From Anthoceros angustus (taxonomy: Eukaryota; Plantae; Anthocerotophyta), in NCBI GenBank assembly GCA_010909165.1, contig MU008219.1:124001-188000 (forward strand): 64,000 nt of DNA, written 5' to 3'. The notes under the pieces are model-generated. The model was not told where the DNA came from. It was given only the letters and a program-made list of their open reading frames with translations, and made no database searches. Positions 48,461 to 61,530 of the stretch are shown here, piece by piece. The position numbers were made by a program, and so were the translations under genes. The stretch's first letter is position 1. Every line of letters begins with the position of its first letter.

Positions 48461-51400
48461 TTTGTGCATGGAGTTTTGCAGAATTTTGTGTACATCTAGA
48501 AAGGTAGAATTTTGCAACCTGTGACCGATTGTTTACTCCGAACAAGACAACCCAAGCTCTTCATCGAGGCGTTTCGTCAGCTCGTCAATTTCCTTCACGA
48601 ATTCAAGTTTACAAATATTGCATCGGACAGACATCCCAAGTCAGTGCATCAAACACATCGAGATGAGCTTCTGTCACTCATTCACATCTAATGGCTGCTT
48701 GCAGGCTGAGGATTTCGTTAATAGAAGCGAAACCGTATGGGATTCAGCTTATCTCCATGAGTCTGAAGGTGCGGTAGCGTCGGCCTTCAATTCTTCTGGG
48801 TCTTTGAAAGAAGAATGGGCAGCAAGCTTGCCTTGCAATTGGATTACAATCGAGGAACGATGTCGAGGCTTTGCATACATACTGGTGCGATAAAGCTCCA
48901 GTGTGCGCTTCTCACAACGTGCTCCTGCAAGGTCTGCCACCGGGTTTACAAGTTGATCAAGGACCTTGCTTGCAATCGGAGTCCCGAGGCGCGACAACCA
49001 TGACGCTGTACATCTCAGCCAAATAGGACAAGCTGTGAAACATTTCCTCCTCTCCAGCAGCTCTTCCTGCGCATGTGAAGCTTGCACTTGTAGCCTCTTC
49101 CCGGCAGAGTTCCTGACAAGCGTCACAAGTGGCCTTAATAGCAACGTTTCCCTCCCAGCCGACGTCAGTCGCTGCCTTGGCCCCGGCGGCTGCTCCGGAT
49201 AGTAATCTGGAACGGGAGGAAAGCTTCCTTGGAAACCGCAATCGGACGAGGCGTCCACCGCGCCTCGGTGGATGGAATCCTCTGAGCAGATCATGCAGCG
49301 AGCAGTTGCAGTGGCGATGGTAAGGCCCGTGGTTGGAGCTGACACAATTCAAGGCGCTGGAGAAGATGGAGCCAGGATTCACGCCTCCGGTTAGAGCCAT
49401 GGCCTCCAGTACAGAGCCTCTCCAAGTACCTGATGCGCAGTGGTCACAAGGTTGCCATGCCTCCGACCACATTCGCTCACAGTGTTCCTTGCATCCTGTC
49501 CTTGAGGTGCGCTCCTGCTAAGGACGCACGTCGGGTAAACACACTTCTTGGCATCCTAAACAGGTTTCGCAATTCCGCAACGTTCCACGATCAATCCTGT
49601 GCCACACTTGTCTGCAAGCTTGATGGAGTAATTCCTGGAGTATCTTGCAGGCTGTTGCTGTTGGGAGCTGTGACGCTGCACTTCCATATAAGATGCCAGA
49701 GCTTCAGGAGCAGAGCAAGGAGCTACAGGACCGCATTCGGCTGGTGGTGGAAACGACAAAGTTCAAGGGGAGATGGAAGTGTTTCCAAGCGCGGGGAAGG
49801 CGGGAGTGGCCAACAGGTGCATTCACGGCGAGCGAAGAGACCAAGGAGAAGCCAGTTGACCACAGACGTGGCGGGGAAGCCGACAGTGCAAGACAGACAG
49901 CATGGGACAGAGAAGCGAGCTCATGCCGTCCTCGCTTCCTTGCAAGATCCAAAACGTCCATTCAAAATGGAATTTGTTCCCTAATCCGCACTCTTTCTGC
50001 TGCTGCAGCACACTCTTTGAGCCGCACAGGTTCGTCCAACTGATGCATGCACTTGCAACGGGTTGCTTGTTCGTGGGACTCGGCAGTGTGCCCCGTCACG
50101 CTCTGAGACCCCCGCCAGGTCTAGGCGCAACGACATAGATGGCGAAGCACATAAGTCCGTGCCCTTTTCCCGGGAATTGTTTTTCTTGTGGGACAAACGC
50201 CCGTCCTTGAATGCAGTGACCTTGAAGAAGAAACCTCTGTTGCTCTCACTACATGCCGTGAGGTCACTTTAGATGCAGGGCTGATCGGCCCATGCCTCTG
50301 CCCTGCTCTCGAGGAACATCTTCTGTCCAGAGTTGCCACATCTGCGGGAATGATGAAGAATATACTAGTCTAAGCGCTGCTCTCGGGGTTGAGCTCTTCG
50401 CTGGTTCCATCTGTCACGTAGTGCATGGTTTGGAGCCTGGTCGGCAGGCATCGAAATCCGAGCTCCGGACGGGCCCGGGCGTACGCGTGCGCACAACTTA
50501 GAGGGATCTTCTGCCATCGTGTTTCCAGCTCCAGCTCGCCCGTTTCAACCGCTTTTAGGTTTTGCAGGTTAAAGATTCATCCACCCCTGGAGCCTGGCGT
50601 TCTGTCCGTCTTCAGCTTTCAATTCCTAGCTTCCAGTGCTTTTGTGATGCTATTCTGTGTCTTACTAACAGGCCGCTGTAAGGGGCCAACTACTACCTAC
50701 TAGCTCCCCTTCATATGGAGGGATGGATTTTTCATTCAGCAGAAGATGTTCTGTCTGGTAGTCTGATTCTATAGTGGTTTTCATTGCAAGCTATGAAGGT
50801 GGCGTCCATCATTCAACAGCAGTGCAATGGTATGCATGTAGTTGCGAAGGTTTCAAAACTTTGATGAAACATGACCGTGGGCAGCAGGGCTGACAGCTGC
50901 AAATTTTGATCTCTGCAGCGCTACTGAGGGGTTGAATCTCATCTCTCAGTGACATTCGAGAAGATCTTATACTTCCCTGCTGCAGCATCAGTCTGTGAGA
51001 GTCTAAAAACGTCCCCACAAACTGCAGTCAGAAGGAGAACGTAACTTAGTGAGACTGCACCATGTTTGAGGTTGAGAGTATCTTTTTTGAGGAAGGAGAA
51101 ATGATGGGGCTCTAGAGGCCATCCAGCAGAGGTCTCCCTATGATGTCCTCCTTGAGGTTGAGATAGTCGACAGATGTGTCTACAGCTTATCAAGGTCATC
51201 ACTTATCAGCAGAGAAGAAGCAAAAGATCAAATCTTCATTGAGAAGCAGCATCGTCTGTGGCCAGGGCTGGGCTTTGCTTCTATCGTCCTTCCATCTCAT
51301 GCTGTCTCAGATGCCTTGCCTGCATTTGAAAGACGTGATTCCTTGAAGTGTGGAGGATCATTGCTGTGTTTCTATTGTGCTCAAGTCGCGGGCGTAACAG

Positions 51401-52930
51401 TTGTAAGTAGCCTCCAGATTTGCGTTTGCTCTCCTTCCCTTCCCTCACCCTTCCCTCTTTGCGGCTGTTTTGGCGGGGAGACCAAGAACTGCTGAGAAGC
51501 TAGGAAGTTGGGGGGTAGGGGAAACCCTTGATGTGACCTGGTCGACATGACCAAGTCCAGTGTCCCTTGTGACAGCTGTGACTGACTGATTCTACGAACG
51601 GCTCATCAAAGAGCACGTATGTAGCTAGTAGCCAAAAGGGTTGTTCCAGTAGTGGTCGGAGCAGTTATTGCTCCAGTCTCACCAGTATGCAAGTGGGACA
51701 TACAGCTGGTGCAGTGCCTGGTACTGTGGATGTACGACAACCGTCCACATTCCCAGACCGGACCAGGTATTGCGGCGCGTATGCATGCTGGCCTTTTTAT
51801 AGAGTGCAATCAGAGAGGTAAAAGGAATACATAATTGTTGGTGGCACTTTCGGGCTGGCGACAACAACGATGCCGACAGATTTTCTTTTTGATCCCTGTA
51901 AAATTACAAATATGCATATGCATGCAAGAAAAAGAAAAGCGTAGGTATACCAAAATGGGCGCCTTCACAGAAATGGGCCTACTTCAATCACGGCCTGGCT
52001 TTTAGCCCGTTCGTGGTAGCCTGAGCACTCAGTCACCCAGCTTTGAGCCTCGAAGTTTGAGGACTTGAATACGGCGCAACTAGCAAACATCGTTGCATAG
52101 CATACCCACGGCCTTTTCCTCATCTGCCAGTGCAACATGCAGGACAGCGTTGGCACTCGGCTGGTGGAGACGGCCAAGGTGGTTCCAACAGCATTTCCTT
52201 CCGAGTTCCAGGGAGCTTGAGACCATACCGTCGCCTTGCATCAGCAATGACACGATCATTTTTCAAATATGAATGAACATCCTGTTACATTGAATCTGTG
52301 GGTGCACCCCACAGGCCAGCGCCGCACATTGGGAATGCAGTGTCTTGTACTCCACCCCCCCCGAGTGGCTGATGCCCGGATGGCCCGGGCCGGGCCGCCT
52401 GTTACTGTAAAATATCGGCGGACGCGGTTTGTATTGGTTTAGAGGAAATTTTTTTTCATGTTCTCCTCCTCCCACATCTCAGCGCACTGGGAATTCCTGT
52501 GTGGTTGACCTCACAGTGTTCCACCAGCTCCGTACATGTTTCGTGCCTGTGGGCACCAGGCAGTGCTGCTTCGCCTGCTGCAGAGCAAATATATTAATAG
52601 ACTAAATTTTTTGTCCTGGTTGTGTCGTGCCCTGGACTTGGTAGTGAAGGTAGCTACAGGAAGAACATGAAAGCCCTGCACCCGTGTGCGCATGCGCAGC
52701 AGATATTTCGGCTTGCGTCACATTGTAGGGGCTGCATGCTTATTAGGCGTCAACGATAGTCTCCACTCAAGTTTCAGCTCTTCGAATTGATTTGAATGTG
52801 AGACATAAATTAGTGGAGGGAATGAAAATGGGTAGCTGCAGCAACTTGGCTGCTGCAGCAGTAGGAAGTAGGAAGCTTGAGATGAACGAATGGGTGTCAG
52901 CGGGAGGAAGAAGATGCGGATCCCGGGAGG

Positions 52931-54442
52931 TCACTCCCTGCGAACCAGGATGGCCACAATCGCGCACATCCTGATTTTACTGTACTGGTCGTAACTGTCG
53001 GCGGATATCTTTTCTAGGCGCTGGAACACAAGCTCCACTTCTCCCGCCTCGAGGTGGCCGTGGAGCAGTCCGGACGTGACGCTTCTTGTTTTGTTGGCCC
53101 ACAGCTTGCCGAAAACCTGCGGTGTAGGCCACATCCGTTTCTTCTCCTCCGCGGGGAAGATGTCGCTTTGAGCCACATTGTCCAGCAAGTGAATGTCGAA
53201 GTACCCCGTCTCCTTCACCGCTGTGCGCACCTCCTGCAGGCTCCTGCTGTAAGCCGGGATGTTGAAAGTGTCCAGCTTCTCTTGCTCGATTTCTCCCTGC
53301 AGAGGCACACAAATTATTTTTAAGTCAGCAACAATATTTTTTTGCCAAGCTGTGCTGCGCCAGGGCTACGTTCTGGAATCGTTGAGAACGGCCCGAGATA
53401 TTTTGGATAGACAACTGAACGATACCTCAGCAACAAGCTCCTGGAAGCTTTGCTGAAAGAGTTCGCCGGCCTCGCTCAGGCCTTGGAACTCCTCCACACC
53501 GTCGGTGAGGTCCCGACCAGTCATGCTCCGGGGCCGGTCCTTCTCCAGCCTTCCTCCGAACATGAGCACCAAAATTCCGCCTGGAACGAGCTCCTCGGCT
53601 CGGAATCGGAGGAACTGCTTCAAGTCCGCAGCCGACTGCCGCGCCACAACCTCCCGCACAGCTCCGCTGCTGCCGTCCAACCACACGCGATTCCTGTTGT
53701 AAGCATCCGAAGTCTTGTCCGTTATCGCCGCCGGAACCTGAATCTCCAAACAAACAGATCGAGATTTTGGTCAGAACAGAATTCCGGTATCGGCCCGGAC
53801 CAGACCAAAAAATTCCTCACACAGGGTACGCTGCTTGTAACCACGAGGGACCGATTCAAGCAATTGGACAGCGATGGAAATGAACGCAATCCTTACCTCC
53901 GACAGCCAATGCAGAGCAGAGAAGGAGGAGATGATGTGCATGCTCTGGGACGGGAACAGCCTCTCCTTGAAGAAGGAACCGGGAACACCTCCCGCGTAGA
54001 AAATCCTCTTGTTGCTGTTGCGACTGAAATCCTTCAAGCTGAGGTTAGATCCGGCCTGCCGCGGGGGCAATTCCTGGAACAGCGTGTTGAAGTCGTTGGA
54101 CGGCAGGTCGGAGAAGAACACCTCCACCTCGGGCATCTCCACGTCGGCAATCTCGTACCTTCCCTTCACCAGATCAAGAATACTCTTCACGGCGGTGAGT
54201 GTGTTGCTTCCGGTGGCGCATCCGAGGTCCGCAACACGCAGCGCCGGCTGGCCAGGGCCAGGGGCCGGAATTTCCCGCACTTCTCGCAGCGCGGAATAGA
54301 GGACGAGCTCGCAGAAATTGAAGACGTGCGCTTGCGCCTGCGAATTTTTGGCGTAGCTGGCGTCCCCCGTCCCGCCGGACATGTTGGATTTGGCAATCTT
54401 GATGGCCTCGGCCTCGCCGCTGGTAAGAGCCGCGACCGTCAT
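52931..54442 (-). CDS. SABATH-family SAM-dependent carboxyl methyltransferase, 407 aa; exons 54442-53897, 53737-53426, 53296-52931
   Basis: MSGGTGDASYAKNS, VADLGCATGSNT, FFSDLPSNDFNTLF, GVPGSFF..RLFP, ALHWLS, FLRFRAEELVPGG and LDTFNIPAY. The exons splice in frame. Confidence 0.95.
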
Positions 54443-57400
54443 CTTGGAATTGGATTCAAATGCGCTCAAACTAGGCTAACAATGCAATGCAATGCACTCA
54501 AGATTTCTTCCTCCCTGGTGCTGCAGATCCGGGCAGGCCGGATGCAGCAGCGAAAAGCGAGGAAACTGGTGTGAGCGAGAGGCGGCGAGTAGCGTCTTGC
54601 GTCTCGAGAAGGCGAATTTTGAGACGCGGATTATGAGGCGAGAAGGAGGGAAGGAGAGCCTGGGGAGAGCCCTGCGAGGGAGACGGAAGGCGAGGAAGGC
54701 GTGGATGGAGAGATGGTTGGTCCCCCGGTCAGTGGGGCGCGCTTTAAACGGCGAAGTGGCGTACCAAGACGCAGACCCACAGTGCTTGGCGACTTTTCTC
54801 ATCATACAGCAAGGCAAGGGTGAGGGCAACCATGAACACACAGTCGAGTTGGAGACGAGGCGGATTGACCGGGCGTCAATGGGACCCGGCTGGACCCGGG
54901 CCCGGCCACATCAGGTGGGAGCAGTAGGGGACGGGACGGGGACGGAGACGGAGGCGCGGCGTAGCGGCCAGCTCATACGTGCTTTCATTAGGCGCACGTC
55001 GGGGGTTTGGGAAGAAAGGGTTTCCATTTTTGCGATCCGCCAGGCCTGCAGGGCGCAGCGCATCGCGCGCGCTTCCTTCCCGCGGTGCGCGGCGTGGTGT
55101 TTGCTGATTCATTGATCGAGCCTCCGATCGCGGGCGGCGCCCTGGCACGTGGACACCAGGCAGCTCATGCCAGGCATCTCTGAGGTCAGGTCATCAAGGC
55201 TTCTTTGTTTTCCAACTTTCTCCTTTGTTTTCTTTTCTGCAGACCAGGATGCAGCGCGCGGCAGCCACACAGCGGCTGCCTCTGTCAGTGGCGACAGCTG
55301 CGTAGGCGGAGTCAGACCGTTTCCCTCGGTTTTCCCTCCCCTACCTCATCACGCAGGCTTTGGATTGCAGGCTCCCTTGCTCGCACGTGATCAATGCAGG
55401 CAGGGCCCGGCCACCTCCCGCCGATGCTAGTTGACGAGCAGTCGGCAATGTGTCTACTGTTATTACTGTGTTACGGCATCCGGAATCCGGATCATTGTGT
55501 TCACACGCATCTGCATTCTACAATTTACCGGCGCTATTCCCGAGCTACACTATGTCTCCGTCCTCCAACGAGCTGCATTTTCCGGCGCTATATTGCCGAG
55601 CTACCCTACTATGACAGGACTATCCGCTTCACACGCATCTGCACTGGCCGCCGCATTGCTGATGAACTACTACGACATACAGGTCTGCCTTTCAGGCTCC
55701 GGGCCGGTTTAGACGCATCTACCTCCTCGATTCGGCGTCAAGCCTGTAATAGCGAAAAGGACATACAAGCCTTCATCAGGTGGAAAGCTCCTTTCCCGAG
55801 AAGAATTCTCTATTCCAGGGTTCTTCTCTGTTTCCTTGCGGTGACAACTCTCACAGGTCCTTGCGGCTGGAAATCCCCTTCGGCCTCGTCCTGGAGACCA
55901 AAGTCAAGTGTGGAGTATCTTGCAAATACTTGTTGGACCTGGCCCCTGGGCTCCTGGCCGCGCGGGCTACATGTACGTACTCCAGTCATTGCCTGATGAG
56001 CAACCAAGCCTCCCAGCCTCCAAGTACTGCCTCCCTCCGATTGTCCCGTCCCCACACTCGGCAAAATTAATGGACACGTTTTGCCTTGCATGCTGCCAAG
56101 CCAGTGCGAGCAGCCGACCGTCAGCGCGTTTCACTGCTCAGAGCCGAATAATGCAAATTCGGCTCAGAATTTCCCTTTCCCTTTTCCAGTTGTTAATACT
56201 CAACAGTGACTGGTACACGCCGCATCTAGAAAGCTTGATAATATCGTAAATCTCTCCAAACACGGAGAATGTACACTGTACTGTACCCGACTTGACCCTT
56301 TCCACAGCTCCAACCATTTATTTCTCACCGTCGGACACATGTAACAGGTCATGACTTTTATGTATATTATGATATATACATGATATCTAGGATAATATAT
56401 TATAAATTATATTACTAAATATATATATAATTATATATATGAAATATGTATATTATTATTCAAATCCAGATTTGTGAAAAGTCAAGTCCCAAGTATAGGA
56501 TTGCAGACCTTTTACCTTCTAGCATTATGAATAATAATCAGAAATTAAATTTGAGTACTTAATAAATTACATAATATCATTAATTTATAATTTTATTTTA
56601 ATATAAAAATCTGTAGGTCATTTATAATACCAAGATAGTTCTATTTGGCCTTGATGAAATTGATAAAAAAAGTCCATAAGATTTATATTGAATCATCTAA
56701 AATTGAAACCAAAATGGTTGATTTAAGATGGTGGTCTTTTGCCGATGTGCTCTGTTGGACTTTTGGTTCCTAAGTTCTCCTGGTTATGTGCACATTCTGC
56801 TGGGTTGTACACTATGGCATACCAAAGGGGACAGAGGGGATGGGACATTTTTTTTTTCGCGAAACCCATGCAAGGCGTAGGAATCTTGAGGAATATACCC
56901 TAGATTCCAGTACGGTTTCTTTTCACAAAGATGTGGTCGATGGTCGCTTGGCGCCCTAACCAAGAGCGGCCAAGCACCAAAGGGGACACACACTATGTCC
57001 TCGAAACGGGTGTCTTTGAAAAATTTTCAATGCTTTCACCTTTGAAAACAAAGAGACGGGACACTATGTTTTCGAATGTTTCCGCACTACCTTGTGCCAT
57101 TAAGTTTTCTTCGATGGCATCCAATGGCCGCCAAACCCTAACCTGGCCGTTGCGCCGGCCGCTCCATCTGCTTGACAAACCCTACTCAGCCGCTGGCATG
57201 GGTTTCGCATGCAATGACGGCCACGGCGGGCGCCATGGTTTTATAACCATGCATGTGCCCATGGCCGTGTCCCCGTCTTCGCAGCTATGGACTTTGCGAC
57301 CCTGTATTCCTTAAGGAACCCGCGATGTTGGAAACAATGAGAACCACGATCCTCTTTCAAACAAGAAGAAGCACGATCCGGCTCGAAACAGAAGAGGGAT

Positions 57401-58046
57401 GGCCATGAATATGAAAGCCGCCTTCAACCTTCATGTAGGGCCTTGAGGAGGCGGCAAACCTCTCATTACAGATGGGTGCACTAAACATCGTGCATAGAAG
57501 GAAAATCCCCACATCATGCCCAAGACCTTCAACAAAAACATGATTGCAGCCCTTCCATACTACCAAGTCCGCTATACATATAGACCTTTCAATTTACTGC
57601 ACCTAGCCGTCAACCGATCCCAAGCTGCATCCTTTGGCAAAGCCCGACTTGGGCTTGCACCATCTCCACCAATGACGAGGTCGTGAATGCTGTGATCAAG
57701 AGGAGAAGGGCCGTAAATGGTACGTCAAAGGATCACGCCAATCCCATGCATGAGAAAGGCTCATGAGTGGTTTAGGAGCAACCTTAGCATACCGAAATGA
57801 TAGCTCACGAAACATGCCGACACCCAATGAATACATGCCTCACAACCGCATTTGACATCCAGAGGCAAGTTAGCTCACGATTGACAGGGCTCCAAACACA
57901 AATCGACCTATTACCTTGCACACACTCGCATGCTGCTGGTCATACAGAAAAGCCAACTCCTCGCTGTCATGTACCATGAAGGCCAAACGGCAGCACCACA
58001 TATTGCAGCATCAGTAGCCATCAGGCATGGCAACCTGGCAACCTTG

Positions 58047-61000
58047 CAACCTTCCAGCAACTGTAGTAATTAGGCAGACCACCACCACCACCGCCGTCTA
58101 CCCAACAACCTTGCCAAGAATGTTTACGCTGCGTGCAAAGAGCCAAAATTCACAGCGAAGGGGTGCCATTCCATTGATAAAAAAAGGATGTCCACCGCAC
58201 ATCGAAAATTGCAGCTAGCATCAAACCCTATCTCCATCAAGGCCTTCCTACGGCGCATGCTTTGGCCCCTATGCAAAACCAAAAGCGCTGGCCGATGCAT
58301 CTCTCAAGATAAGGATGACGACGCCTACTTCTCGTCAGTCCATACGCTTGATCATCCGGAGTCTTAATTGTGCTCTCAATGGCCTCGACGGCCGAGCATT
58401 CCGCTGCTCATCGCCCTCTGTCTCCGGCCGGCCACATCCCCGCCTCAGCAGCCCGCGGCCCCGCATTGGGCTGGAGGCACCCGCCTTGGCTGCCATGTTC
58501 CACTGACACCGTGTCCGACCGAGTCGCGCTTCCTCCCCCTTGTGCTCGCCCTCCGCGGAGTTGGGGTCGGAGTTGCACTCCGCTCTCCTTCTTCTTCCGA
58601 CATGGCCTCCGCTCCGCCACCGTCAGCTGCCGTTGCACAAGGGCGGCGGGATTGGACTCGTGGGTGGTTTTGGTGCGTGCACGGGATGGAACCATGCCAG
58701 AAGTGGAGGATGCCCCGGATGAGAGGTGGGCAATGCAGATTGTGGACGAGGAGGGGTTGCAGCACATGCACCGAGGATACCAATTCCAAAGACATGGACG
58801 CTGCTTTCAATTGCGGAGGCTGAGGAACAAGGAGCCCAAAGAACGCAACATTGGTGGGTTGGTGCGGGTCCAACGCGAAGGACAAGGGATGCGAAGGCGA
58901 TGGAGCCGGGCCGCCTTAAAATGCATGCAATGGTGGTGTGGTAAGGCCGGCGCAACTAAGTCATGCTGTGCTTGGTGACGATGGTCACTGTGTACGTGGC
59001 TGGGTTCAATCTCGGCAGCCACGTGTACCATGCGACGGCCGTGGACACGGCGCTCGCATCAGAATCGCGGAGTGCCATGCATGCTACAGCGAAAAGGAGC
59101 ATGCGCGCAGAATCGCAAAGGCGATGGCCGGGTCATGCGAGTGGGGATGCAACACTGGTGCATATCGTAACGGACCGCCCTCGACGCTTCCGACATATGT
59201 GTGGACCGGCAATGGGACTACATGGGCATGTTGGCGATGGCTCGCAAGAATCGGAGGCTGATGACAATTGTTCACAGGCAGAGGCGATTTACGGGTGCCG
59301 CCGGCCTGCGGCAATGTCATTGCCGCTTTCCCGGACAACGAGGATGCGATGTTGTACCGGAGAAGGTCAGAGCTTTTGTCGAAGAGGAGGCATTGCAGTC
59401 GCTCACGCCATCCTCGAGCACCGCCAAAGATATGGGAGCCCAAATTCCGAGTGTTGGGGGCCGCTTGCAACAAAGAGTCTCGTGTTTCTGTTCAACGTGC
59501 ACACACTAGCGTGGCTATTCAGAGACTTGTGGGGTGGAAAGGCGTAGGAATAATGGTGGGGTGAGGATATTTGAGGAAACATTGTATCGTGGATTTGTGG
59601 AACCACCGCGCCTGTGGTCCGTAGATGAGATACTACTCTTACCTCCACGTTCTTGCCCTTCCGCCAAGGAGTTCCGCGTTGGCCTCCCTCGATGGCCCTC
59701 CTGACTTCCCCGCCGATACTTGGGTTGTCTTTTAACAAGCGCCTAAGGGACACCAAGTGTTGTTGGTCCATCATCAAGTCGGCCACCTTGAAAGGCGCGG
59801 TGGCTCCTGCCACACGCCGCCTTGACCCTTCCAGCAATCGTAGTAATTGGACCACCACCACCACCGCCGTCACCCAACAACCTTGTTAAGAATGTTTACG
59901 CGTGCAAGAGCCAAAATTCACGTAAGGTGCCATTCCATTGATAAAAAAGGATGTCCACAGCATCGTGAAATTGCAGCTAGCATCAAACCCTATCTCCATC
60001 ACTGCGTTCCTACGGCGCATGCTTTGGCCCCTATGCAAAACCAAAAGCGCTGATGCATCTCTCGGCCTGAGGATAGCGACGCGCCGCTACTTCTCCTCGT
60101 CGTCCATACGCTTGATCATCTGCTGAGTCTGTGCTCTCAATGGCCTCGGATGCATTCTCATCGCCCTCTGTCTCCGGCCACATCCCCGCGCCCGGGCAGT
60201 CGCGGGCATTGGGCTCGGAGGCACCCGCCTTGGCTGCCATGTTCCACTGACACCGTGTCCGACTCTAGTCGCGCCTTCCTCCCCTTGTGCTCGCCCTCCG
60301 CGGAGTTGGGGTCGGGTTGCACTCCCTCTCCTTCTTCTTCCGACATGGCTTCCATACCGCCCGTGCACAAGGGCGGCGGGATTGGACTCGTGGGTGGTTT
60401 TGGTGCGTGCGGGATGGAACCATGCCGTGGAGGATGCCCCGGATGAGAGGTGGGCAATGCATTGTGGGCGAGGAGGGGTTGCGACACATGCCAGGGATAC
60501 CAATTCAGCATGGACGCTGCTTTCAATTGCGGAGGCCGAACAAGGAGCCCAAAGAACGCAACATTGGTGGGTTGGTGCGGGTCCAACGCTGAAGGACAAG
60601 GGATGCAGGCGATGGGTGGCCGCCTCGTTTAGAAACGAGGCCGCAATGGTGGTGTGGTAAGGCCGATCTAAGTCATGCCGTGCTTGGTGACGATGGTCAC
60701 TGTGTACGTGGGCGGGTTCAATCTCGGCAACCCATGTACCATGCGCGATCGTGGACCGATACCGCCGACGCAAGTGCCATGCATGCTACTGCGAAAGGAG
60801 CATGCGCGCGAGCTCACAAAAGGCGATGCTGGCGATGAGTGGGGATGCAACACTGGTGCATATCGTAACGGACCGTCCTCGCAGTTTCCGCATATGTGTG
60901 GTGACCGGCAATGGGACTACATGGGCATGTTGGCGATGGCTGCGTAATCGGCAGGGGCATGATGACAATTGCCAGCGCGAGGCGGCGACGGTGCGCTGAT

Positions 61001-61530
61001 GCGGCAATGTCGATTGCCGCTTTCTGGACAACGAGGATGCGATGTTGTACCGGAGAAGGTGAGCTTCTTTGGCCGAAGAGGAGGCATTGCGTCGCTCACG
61101 CCATCCTCGAAAATTCGCGCGATGAGCCCGAAATTCCGAGTGTTGGGGGGCTGCTTGCAACAAAGAGTCTCGTGTTTCTGTTCAACGTGCACACACTAGC
61201 GTGGCCTATTACCGTAGACTTGTGGGGTGGAAAGGCGTAGGAATAATGGTGGGGTGAGGATATTTGAGGAAACATTGTATCGTGGATTTGTGGAACCACT
61301 GGCGCCCCAGGGTCCGTATGAGATACTACTCTTACCTCCACGTTCTTGCCCTTCCGGGCCAAGGAGTTCCGGCGTGGTTGCGTCTCCCTGATGGCCCTCC
61401 GGACTTCCTGCCGATACTTCGGGTTGTCTTTTAACAACTGCCTAAGGGACACCAAGTGTTGTTGGTCCATCATCAAGTCGGCCACCTTGAAAGGCGCGGG
61501 TGGTTCCTTTCTGCGTCACGCGTCCGCCTT
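58047..61530. repeat. Tandem duplication of about 1.75 kb (58047-59824 / 59825-61530)
   Basis: Colinear copies that differ mainly by small indels. ACC(C)TTCCAGC sits at all three boundaries. The unit includes the truncated end of the gypsy element. Confidence 0.9.

Noticed and set aside
48600-51300. Cluster of 60-200 aa ORFs on both strands
   Set aside because: No recognisable domain or consistent exon chain. They may be decayed gene fragments, but I cannot support a call.
22228-54442. Full biosynthetic gene cluster including the GT14-like gene
   Set aside because: GT14-like/DUF266 enzymes act on wall glycans rather than small molecules, and no scaffold-forming enzyme or P450 is present. 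Only the MES-SABATH pairing is kept as a hypothesis.
53450-54574. 374-aa plus-strand ORF
   Set aside because: Antisense to the SABATH exons; a GC-rich shadow frame.
55394-55996. 200-aa ORF divergent from the SABATH gene
   Set aside because: No recognisable family and atypical composition; needs expression or homology evidence.
58315-61240. Many overlapping ORFs in the 1.75-kb duplication
   Set aside because: The frames are not conserved between the two copies, consistent with GC-rich TE-derived sequence.
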